Source: Klebsormidium nitens
Lineage: Eukaryota; Plantae; Klebsormidiophyceae
DNA length: 64,000 nt
Assembly: GCA_000708835.1 (NCBI GenBank)
Contig: DF236987.1
Location: 239,328 to 303,327 of the forward strand
Reading direction: 5' to 3'
Shown here: one piece after another, positions 23,401 through 33,360 of the stretch
Numbering within the stretch: the first letter of the stretch is position 1
How the letters are laid out: each line of letters starts with the position of its first letter
The notes under the pieces: model-generated
The model's input: the letters and a program-made list of their open reading frames with translations, nothing else
Told to the model about the DNA's origin: nothing
Databases searched by the model: none
Made by a program: the position numbers and the translations under genes

Positions 23401-26400
23401 GAAGCAACGCGCTTTCGCCCCCCACACGCGGCAAGTTTTATGCGCTGTTGGTACTGTTGCTATATGCTGACAGCCATGAGGAGTTCTTTTCCTGGGCAAT
23501 GTGCAACCCGCTAGGCATCCGCTTGCTGATGAGTTTGCTTGCTCACGCTGACATCATGCTGACAACGCGTCTGCCCTTGCCTAGAGCATCAACCTGCTCA
23601 GGGTAATTTGCGTCACCAAGGGCTGACCATTGGCTTGCCAACAACTCGGATGGCTCAGGCTAACATCGACGAGGTACTTCCTGCTGATTGAAGCATTCCA
23701 GATTCCTTTTCTGGCATCATGCTGACATCACGTCACCTCCTTTTGCAGATTATCAACCTGCTCAGCGTGATGGACGCCACCCAAGAGGCTGGTCCGAGCG
23801 GTTCGCAGGAGGAGCAGCCGCCCCTCGAGGCCCGCCCCTCGCTGCGGATGAAAGTCCCCCCCGTGGCGCCCGAGGAGTTCAAGTGTCCTCTGAGTCTGGA
23901 GCTTATGGCTGACCCAGTAGTGATTGCGTCGGGGCAGACGTTTGAGAGGGCGTACATCCGGCGATGGTGAGTAACGCCGTTTAATGTCAGTTGTGGTGCC
24001 AGGGCCCCTGCTTTCTTTCCTGATGCTTGGGTACTTGAGTCGCGCAGGAGCACTCACCTGCTGACAGGAGTCCTTTTGGTTGACGAGAGGGTTGCTGAGA
24101 GGATGGGGGTAACGTGTGGAAAGTCGTCCTTGTTAGACGCAGCATGAGCCAGACGCATCATGAGACAGCCATCGCCCTGTGTGTGGCAAGTGGGTGTCAA
24201 GGGCTTTCTCCATGTTTGTGCTGGCATTGCTTATTCGGCTGGGTCCCTTGAAACTCTGCATTTAGACCCAGGTTCTGAAGGTCCTGAGGGAGTGCCCTAG
24301 GTTCAAGAGCTGTTCTGTGGAAGTGTAGCAACTTTTGTTGTATTTACTGAGTTAGATACTGCTTTCTCATAGAGACCGCACATTCTAGCAACCTGGTTTT
24401 CGCATCTACCTTTGTGGTGGACCAAAGGGGTTGGCACTCCTTCTGTACGGAGAGTGACATGCTGAGCTGCTATTTATGCAAGAGCCCGAACAAGAGTCCG
24501 TACAAGAGCTCGAACAAGAGCCCGAGCAAGAGCTGCTATTTATGCAAGAGCCCGAACATACGCCTGTACAAGAGCCTGAACCAGCTGAAAAGGTTGTCAT
24601 GAAGCCAAAGGCTTGTTGACTGGATGCTTTTGCCAGTCAACAAGCATTGTTTGCCCTTCAAACGTTTCCTGACCAGACTTTCCAGCAAAGCCCCGTGGAG
24701 TGGGGAAGTTCTCTGAAGATCCTGGAACGGTCGGTTTATATCAGTATCCCAGTACCCTCTAACCCTAAAATCAAAACCCTGGCCCCGGATCCCTAAGCCC
24801 TGACCCTGAATTTTGTATAACCTGCAGGTGGAGCCAGGGCCATCGCACGTGCCCCATCACCAACTTGCCCCTCGGCAATCTGGAGCTCATTTCCAACTTC
24901 TCTCTCAAGCGCATGATCTCCGACTGGTGCGAAACCCACGACCAACCGCAGCCCACACCCCCCGTGCTCTCGCCCCCCCACTCCCCCACGCTGCGCTTCT
25001 TGACCGAGGAGGACATGCTCGAGAAAGCGTCCGGAGATGCTGCGTTCGAAGACAAGTGGTCCAAGTCCGGCCCAGTGCCCGACTTTCGGGCGTCCGAGGG
25101 GGACTTGTACGATGAGAAGTGGTCCAAGTCTGGACCCATGACAGCGCCCGACTGGGGGAAAGATACGGAGATGGCGGACGGGGGCAAAGGCAAGGGGAAG
25201 TATGTCGCAATGCCCTCCGATATGGAGAGGCCCGGCAGTCATAAGGCCGGGTTCGAGCATTATCGAGAGGTCCCGACCGCCATAGCTTATGACCAGCACG
25301 AGCGGCTGCCGAGCGAGTTCGGCCGGGTGTCAATCCTCGATGAGGCGGTCGTCTCCGGGGAGGTTAGGCCGGGTTACGCAAACCCGCCTCCTGGCCCAAG
25401 CAGCTCCGCCCAGAAAACCTTTTCCCGACGCACGATTCGAACATCTGCCACGGCAAACGATTCCGTCCGAGCGTCTGGAAGCGGAGCAGAGCGGTTGTCG
25501 GAGGAGGGGGCTCATGGGAGAGAATCTTGCTGGAGCGGGCAGCAGTCGTTGTCGAGCGAATTCAAGCCGCCCAAACCGGCGGCTGCTGCCGGCAAGGGGG
25601 ATCCCTCTGTTCCTGGCCACAGGCGAAACTCGTCGGCGCCGCTCAGCGAGTTGTCGAGCGCAGAGGCGACGCGGGTGATGAATTTGCAGGTAATTGGTTC
25701 GGGTTCTAGGGTCGTCAGGGTTCGTTTAGCTTGTGTTATTTATGGGTACTGGCCAGAGTCTTTTGGGAGTTAACTGGGGCAAAAGAAGGAAAGTGCATCT
25801 TGATCTGGTTCTATTGGGGTAGTCGACAAGGGGGCACCAATGCCGTTGTTTCTCTTGAGCGTTCGTTTCTAAGCAACCGGTCTCGTCCCACCGCTTGAAG
25901 TCTGGCTCCCGACGACACCGTGCCAGTGGTCTGCATTCTATGGGACTTTTCGTGAAGGTTATTGTAAGGTTGAACTGTGTCATGCTTCTCACATCTAACA
26001 CTCTTGACAGAACGATGGGTTTACTTTTACTAGACAGTGTTCTGGGCAAAGTACGGGATATCTTGGTCTTTCAGAGACCAGACTTCAGGGCCCCGCAAGT
26101 TTCGACTTGAGTTACTTACTGGGTGGTCGTGTTGTAAAGCGCGCTGCCTTTTACATTCAGATACTCCTACCACCCTTACCATGTTTCGTCTATGTCCTGC
26201 CTTTTGCAAGCGCCTTGCTCCTAGGTCCAACTGAGCCGGGAGTAATGCGAGCTGTTGCGATGCACCGTTTTGCTTCGGGACTACTTCATTCCAACTTCGT
26301 TCGGATTTCAAGCAGCGCTATACCGTATTTCGGTGTCGTTTTCGTCGTCCTTCCATCCTTTCTGTGCTGTCCTTCATGTCTTTGGACAAGGTCCGCGTTA

Positions 26401-29400
26401 TTTCAAGTGTTTGTTTCTCGTGATCTTTGCTTCCGGTCGACATCCGACTGTTGCCCACCTTCTTGGACAGGCCTTTCCTGTCAACCCCCCGTCTGACTCA
26501 CACAGTTCAACCCCGTCACTCCATCCTAACCGCACAACAACAGACCCCACCCCCTTCCAAGCACACTCCGAGCTCTGGTCCGAAGCTCTCGCAGACGCCT
26601 CCCCAGATTGCTTACACCACAGTCTCAGCGATGTTCGCTCGAGCCCGCACGAGAGCCATGCACTTCCGTCAGATGACGCTGCCAAAACGTGCCCTCCCCT
26701 CGGACGTTCAGGCCCTCACAGAAACAGCACACAACCAAGAGACGACGCTCTCGAGTCCTGCACGCCGCTCACAGATCATGCAACCGCAAGTAAAAGCAAA
26801 AGCCCACAACGGCGCCTCACCGCCATCGAACGCCTGCAAAGGGCCCTTTCTGGCACGAGTTCACGGCAACCTCACGGACCCCCCCAAAAAAGACCCTCGC
26901 CAGCACCCCCCCTTGGAGAGGAGTCCTCCAAGCAACCAACTCACGCCTCGTCTGTTCCGCCTGTACAGGCGTCGGCCAAAGAGCACGGCAGTCACCGAGC
27001 CCCTCCTTCCGGCCCCCCTCAGGACCGCTCCGCTCACACTCCCCCTCGCAATCATTCCGCTCACGCCACCCCCATCCCCTCCCAGGTCGCCGCAGCACAC
27101 GCACAGCCCTACCGGGGGGATGAGACCGAAGACTTGTCGGGGTTCAACTTTGCCCCCCCCCCGCCGCTCAGCTCGTCGTTGCCGCGCCCCTCGAGCACCA
27201 CAAACTCCGACCGGAATCAACGGTACTCCGATCCGCTGCCCGCCAAGCGGAGGGAGGAGGGGGGCCACTACGCGGCATCAGCGCACGACGCACACGATCA
27301 CGTAGGCGCTCTCACTCTGCCACGTGTCAGTTTCCAAGATACGATCCTTTCCAGGTTACAACCCAACTTGCCCCGAGCTCGACGAGGCTCGGACATGCCA
27401 TCCATAACGATTGCATCAGGTTCTTGCTTTACGGGTCTTTCTTTGCGAGCTCGAAGTATCAACGCTTGACACGTCTTCTTTTTTAAATGGTTCAGTTTTG
27501 GACGAGTTTACAGAGCATGTGCTTCTTTGCCGTCCGCTCTTTTTTCCTCTGGTTTTCCCTGGCTTTTTTTACCCGTCTTATTGAGCGCCCATTCGCTGAT
27601 CAACTACGAACCTCAGGTGGCTGCCTACATTGAGAGCTCTTATTTCGTTCATCTCCCTCTTCATGTTTGGGAGCCATTGCCCCTCCGTCCTCCGTGCACG
27701 CTCCACTCCAGCACTCCCCCTTGCTGTCGTTTCCAGAAGTCATGCCTTTTGTCCCAGTTTCTGCCTCCCTTGTCTTCCTCCCTCGATCCAAGCAACGATC
27801 CCAAATGCGGTCAGCCGTTTCGCGCCTTTCTGCATCACTTTTACAAGCAAAACCATCCCCCTTCTCCAACGCAGGCTCCCTCCAGGTTCGTTCCACCTGG
27901 CCCATTACTTTCAGGTCCGTCACGCACAACGGCGCCTTCTTGGCATCCCCCTGAACAGCAACTTTTCCACCCCCCTTTTCCATTGCAGGTCCGCCTCAAG
28001 TTCGCCCCCCCCCCCGGTCGGATTAGTCCAAGGTCCCGGTCGCTGTCATGCATTCCGGCCGCTTCTAGAAAACGCGAATCAACTTCCCCCTGAAAAGCAA
28101 GTTCTCTATCCCCCTTTTTCCATTGCAGGTCCTTCAACCCCCNNNNNNNNNNNNNNNNNNNNNNNNNNNNNNNNNNNNNNNNNNNNNNNNNNNNNNNNNN
28201 NNNNNNNNNNNNNNNNNNNNNNNNNNNNNNNNNNNNNNNNNNNNNNNNNNNNNNNNNNNNNNNNNNNNNNNNNNNNNNNNNNNNNNNNNNNNNNNNNNNN
28301 NNNNNNNNNNNNNNNNNNNNNNNNNNNNNNNNNNNNNNNNNNNNNNNNNNNNNNNNNNNNNNNNNNNNNNNNNNNNNNNNNNNNNNNNNNNNNNNNNNNN
28401 NNNNNNNNNNNNNNNNNNNNNNNNNNNNNNNNNNNNNNNNNNNNNNNNNNNNNNNNNNNNNNNNNNNNNNNNNNNNNNNNNNNNNNNNNNNNNNNNNNNN
28501 NNNNNNNNNNNNNNNNNNNNNNNNNNNNNNNNNNNNNNNNNNNNNNNNNNNNNNNNNNNNNNNNNNNNNNNNNNNNNNNNNNNNNNNNNNNNNNNNNNNN
28601 NNNNNNNNNNNNNNNNNNNNNNNNNNNNNNNNNNNNNNNNNNNNNNNNNNNNNNNNNNNNNNNNNNNNNNNNNNNNNNNNNNNNNNNNNNNNNNNNNNNN
28701 NNNNNNNNNNNNNNNNNNNNNNNNNNCGCATTCAGCCCCTGGGAACGCAGATTAAAATGCCCCCCCCCCTTTTTGTTTTGTGCAGGCAGCCCCCGGGTTC
28801 GCCCCCCCCTCGCCGATCCACAATGAGATCCCGGTTGCCGTTACGCACTCCGGCCACGCGGTGCGTCAGGACTCGTACAATCCGCACCAGCGGACGCCGT
28901 CGGCAGACTCCAGAGAGCCCCTCGCGGACCCGAAGCGTCCGGTGACCGCCAGTGAGCTGCAGAGCATGGGGCGGGAACTGAGGAGCGGCAAGCCGGATCT
29001 CATCAGGTGAGGATTCGTGTCTTAAGAGTCTCCAAAGTGCTCGGTGGGTTTGCTTTTATGGAGGCCTGTTCTATTGCTTGCTTTCGATAAGATTCTTCAA
29101 AGAGCGTTGAAATTTTCGAAAGAAAGAGGGATTTATCGTCTTGAAACTTCTATCGCGACCGCTGGGAAGTCGTAGTCCATGGTGGGGGGAGTCAGAAAGT
29201 CAAGCCGCTTTCCTAGCCCCCGAAAGTTGGACCTACGTCGAAGAACGGATCCGTCCCGATTCTGTCGCTGTGCGTTCCGCCTTCTCCTAGCGGTCGTCTG
29301 CCATCGGGTTGTGTGCGATCGAAAGTGTCGAACGAAACCGACTTATCCGCAGGGCTGCCCCCAGCGACCTCCGGCTGCTGGCTAAAATTTGCGCGGAGAA

Positions 29401-31701
29401 CTTCAAGGTAATTGCAGCCATCTACACTCTCATCGGTCAGAAGGAACGACTCCTTTCCTTTGACTGATATCCAAAGATGGACGTATTTGCAGGGCTGCCG
29501 CGGGAGAATCTCCGGCTACTGGTCAATTTCAGCATGGAGTACTTCAAGGCAATTGCAGCCATCTGCATTATCAGACTCAAAAGCAACGACTCCTTTCCTT
29601 TGACTGATATCCAAAGATGGACGTATTTGCAGGGCTGCCGCGGGAGATCTCCGGCTGCTGGCCAAGTTCAGCATGGAGAACCGCAAGGCGATCGCGGGCG
29701 CCGGCATCGTGCCTGATCTCATCGGGCTGCTCCTGTCCAAGGATCTCAAGACTCAGGAGAACGCCGTGACGGCGCTGCTGAACTTGTCGATCCACGACGG
29801 GAACAAGGCGATCATCGCAAGAGACGGTACGGATCCTGTCAAGACATAAGTGCTGTTTTGACATGTAGCGTGGTGTGGAGTGGCTCGAGGCGAGTGAGAA
29901 TCAAGCGCTCTGGGTTCGGGCAGATTCTTGAGAAGTACGTCAAGAGCGGCTGAGTGAGATTGAGCGAGGAGATGGTGGTGATTTCCGTTTGGCCAAGGGA
30001 AAGTCGCCTGTGATCAATTAGGTTTGGTTTACTTGACGCACCCAGGTTGTCGATGCTAGAGAGCAGCCTCAGGCTGTAACGAACAGCTCAGGATTCTAGA
30101 CCAGTCCTCGTCAGATGGCATCAAGGTTCTGTGTCGTGCAATTGCAAACCCATGCGCGGCAGTTGCGCTGCGCCACGCTCTTATGCATGTAAGACAGTGT
30201 CAGTTAAGCTTACTTGTTCTAATTCCGCCCCAGCTGCAAGCACAGGCCTCCCCGTCCAAGAAGTTAAAGACCCTAGAAGTCGAAATGACAGAACCCAAGC
30301 CCCAAAGCCCAAGAGCAACTCGTAGAACCCAGTTCTCACCCCAAAATCAACGCAGATTCCAACAACTCAGAAACTCATCAACCCGCCTTCCTGCCCTTGC
30401 ACAGGCGCCATTTCCCGGTTGGTCGAGGTTCTCCAGGGAGGCTCCCAGGCGGCAAAGGAAAACGCGGCCGCCACGCTGTTCAGCCTTTCCGTTCTGGAGG
30501 AATGTAAGCAGCAGATCGGCGCGCAAGCGGGGGCAATCCTCGGGTTGGTAGATCTGCTGCGAACGGGAAGCGCCCTGGGAAAGAAAGACGCGACGACGGC
30601 GCTGTTCAACCTGTCGATCTGCCACGAGAACAAGAGCCGCATCGTGCGGAACGGCGCGGTTGGCCCGCTGATCCAGCTTATCAAGTGAGTCAGATGTGCC
30701 AGCACGAGTCGGTTCTTACTTACGTTCGTTCTTCGGGACATTCTCTCTTGTTTTCCTGAGCGTCCGCTTTCATTGTTAAAATAATACACAGTTTTTGTGA
30801 TCATCAAACGATTGCATCTGCCGTTTCGATCTCCAATCGCTGACTGTACACCAAGGAGGCAGCTGTATACTTTCACCAAGTTTGTTGTGGAAAGAACGTT
30901 TGTTTCCAAAATTAGAATCTGGTTTGCTTCTCATCCAAAGTATTTGGTACAGTCTTGGGTGGTTTCGGTAGTTCCACTCGCTTAGAAGGCCACGTTGGCA
31001 GTTTGCTTGCAGAACCCTCACCATGCCCTCTCCTATCCAGTTCCCAGGTTTGCGTCCCTGTCGCCATGAGACTTTCGAAGCTCATGTATAGCTCCAAAGC
31101 TTTCAGGTGCGGCACAACAAGGTGAAGCGCAGTTAGCTAAACCCCGTGTTCAAACCCATTGCAGGGACCCTTCTCTCCAGGAGAAGGTCGTTGCAGTGCT
31201 GGCCAACCTAACCACGGTTGGGGAGGGCCGGTTAGCAATAACCGAGGCTAACGGTATCAAGGCGTTGGTACAAGTCACCGAGCGAGGGACCCCTCGCTCC
31301 CGAGAAAACGCGGCAGCTGCATTGCTCCAGCTCTGCATCAACAGCAGCAGGTCAGACTTGCACTTTAGGAATGATTTTTGTTGTCCACAGATAGTTCCTC
31401 AGATGATACCCTTTGCGTCAAAGCTTCCGTCATGCACGTTATTTATGTAGGACGCTTTGGACGACAAGTTTCCGTAAGAAGATCAAGTAAGTTCTTGGGA
31501 GCAAAAGACTGCTGCATTTGCTGTCCAGTTTTGACGTGGGAAATTCCGTTCCGTTGCAGGCACACAGCGGAGGTCTACCAGGAAGGGTTGGTTCCTTCGC
31601 TTATGTCCCTGCAGCAGACCGGGACGCCCCGAGCGAAAGAGAAGGCCCGGTCGTTGCTGCGGCACTTCAGGGACAATCTTCACGACACCGTCAAGCCCTG
31701 A
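20497..31701 (+). CDS. Plant U-box E3 ubiquitin ligase, UND-U-box-long linker-ARM repeats (class II PUB)
   Basis: Exons 20497-20760, 21738-21854, 22226-22324, 22874-23035, 23749-23966, 24828-25689, about 26471 to about 27400 (ends uncertain), 28786-29006, 29633-29826, 30405-30684, 31165-31350 and 31561-31701. U-box [47 protein letters not shown] repeats [41 protein letters not shown] and [13 protein letters not shown]. An assembly gap lies in an intron. Confidence 0.92.
23545..23770 (+). repeat. Duplicated PUB acceptor plus exon head (pseudo 23585, real 23749)
   Basis: Pseudo: catcatgctgacaacgcgtc...cctag|agcatcaacctgctcagg. Real: catcatgctgacatcacgtc...tgcag|attatcaacctgctcagc. Offset 164 bp. 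Confidence 0.88.
24464..24590 (+). repeat. Intronic minisatellite with a 12-bp unit (caagagcccgaa) and a 66-bp higher-order repeat
   Basis: gagctgctatttatgcaagagcccgaaca occurs at 24464 and 24530, separated by variant 12-mers. Confidence 0.9.
27740..28850 (+). repeat. Array of degenerate copies of the PUB acceptor plus exon head (27758, 27875, 27989, 28129, gap, real 28786)
   Basis: Shared ccttt..tgcag| acceptors. Exon-derived blocks ttcgcccccccc and gtcccggtcgctgtcatgcattccggcc match the real atcccggttgccgttacgcactccggcc. The 28129 copy is cut by the N gap. Confidence 0.75.
28143..28727. other. Assembly gap (585 N)
   Basis: Run of N directly visible in the sequence. Confidence 1.
29335..29700 (+). 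repeat. Three 140-bp tandem units spanning the PUB ARM-exon acceptor (29353, 29493, real 29633)
   Basis: aacgactcctttcctttgactgatatccaaagatggacgtatttgcag|ggctgccgcgggaga is identical in the last two units. The first unit is more diverged ([18 protein letters not shown] against [18 protein letters not shown]). Confidence 0.97.
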
Positions 31702-33360
31702 CGCGTCTGCACTATGCATGTGGTCTGTCGTGTTTGAGAAAGTTTGTCACGGGTATTCGATGCACAATCTGGGGCGTCCCGACGGACATCTTAGCTGCTA
31801 CATAGGAGAGCTTGTATTGTATCCACGGCTTTATCGGCGTGTGGCGCGGAATGCGCACGAATTCTAAGTGCTATGTGGTGGTAGCGTATAAATGTAAGTA
31901 GAAATTGAGCAGAGGCTACTTTGACGTACTTATTGGCCTGGTTGAAAGGCAAGGGTCTGGCTAATAATGTGAACATCTACTGTAAGTGACACCTTCGTCA
32001 CAAGCTAGAGACACTCAGCTTTGAATCTAACCAGAGTTTGGCAAGCAAGAGTCTCCTGATTCACGCCATTTCTGTGGAGTTCGGATCATGGTTTCAGGCT
32101 TAGATGTGCATACGGTCACCACACTCGCATGGCTGCCCTACTTGCAACTGAGGGAGTCCATGTACATATGTTGCACGAGATTTATTTTCGCAAATTGCAG
32201 TTACAAGCTGAGTTCGATAGTTTCCGGCGTCGGTAGTACCGGCCACACATAAACCTAGCTCACTGAGTGATGCTCAGTCACCGTAAAGTCACGTGATTGA
32301 GCTTGACACACTGACATGTGACTGAGAGCTTGCTGACTAGGGTAGCGACCCGTTTATCGCCAGATGCAGCCTCTCGGGTCTTAGCATGCTTTCAAACTTG
32401 GCATTATGTATGTCGCTTAGGTAAACACGAGGTATCTACGGTGCTATTTTCGACCCTCGTGAATCGCCGCGGAGGCCCGCGTTCGGCCCCGCGACTTCCG
32501 TACGAATCACCCATATACCCCGTGACGCGGTTTGGGGGTTTCGCGGGGAGTGCGGGGGGCCTGCCCTGGGCCCGCTCGCCGTAAAACCCCCCAAAGTCAA
32601 GGGGAGCCCCCAAATGTCTCGGGAGGAACTGGGGATTTGCCTCTAGAAAGCCTTGAATATATGAAGGCAGAGCTGTCTTTTAAGAAAATATATACCTGTG
32701 AATATCCTTCTGTGCTCTCCTGACATTGTACACTTAACCTTAGTAGGCTTGCCTCCTTAAGTTGATCCCCTAAAGGTTCGTTTCCAGGGGATATTCTAAG
32801 AGAAGGTCTGGGATGGAGCACCCCCTTTTGTGGTCCCCATGAGATTTTCGTACGTTCAAAGCCGTTATACAGCATAATTTGTTTCCCCTGTGATAGTCCG
32901 GCGACCTCGGTACCGTCGTAAGCTGTCCACGTGCACCATGTGTGCTGGCCCGGCCTGGCCGGCGTCAAGCTGCATCACACTGCATGCACTGACTGCAGCA
33001 CTTGGTCATGGGCAATTCATATGGCTGGCATTGGCTGCACTAGCTGCGGAGTCTCAGTCATGTAGTGCTTCCTCTTGAAGTATATTACCGTATGAGTCTA
33101 CCTACCGTGGGTTGCTTGGGTTCAATGCATGCTCTGATGGCCAACACGTTATGTCAGCTGGTCAGCTGGTCATCTCAAGCAGCTTGGACATCAAAATGTC
33201 ATTATCTATCCATCCTAATAGCTGCACTGCCAAACGTGTCCCAGCTGACTGAGACTGGAGGGGTTGAGCTAGCGGCCAGACCACTGAGCTAAGTTCTTTG
33301 TGTTGAGCTGTCAGACGAGACACTTTCCAAGGGATTGTCTTCGATTTGTGAACATGGCAG

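Noticed and set aside
24400-24445. Possible old copy of the PUB 24828 exon head (ggtggaccaaagggg against ggtggagccagggcc); similar weak cases near 22135 and 30245
   Set aside because: The matches are too short to count among the acceptor ladders without statistics.
24755-24810. Telomere-like CCCTAA/CCCTGA words in introns (also about 3150-3320)
   Set aside because: They are degenerate and not in a true tandem array, and they overlap normal branch-point-like composition.
24793-27305. Many overlapping alternative-frame and antisense ORFs
   Set aside because: They are shadows of GC-rich PUB exons. Only one frame carries the U-box and joins the flanking exons in phase.
27630-28826. Long ORFs of 210-398 aa in the supplied track
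   Set aside because: They exist only because the 585-N gap is translated as X.
29335-29700. CRISPR-like appearance of the regularly spaced repeats (also at 2610-3010 and 48630-49140)
   Set aside because: The context is eukaryotic and intronic, whole units are homologous with no unique spacers, and there are no cas genes.
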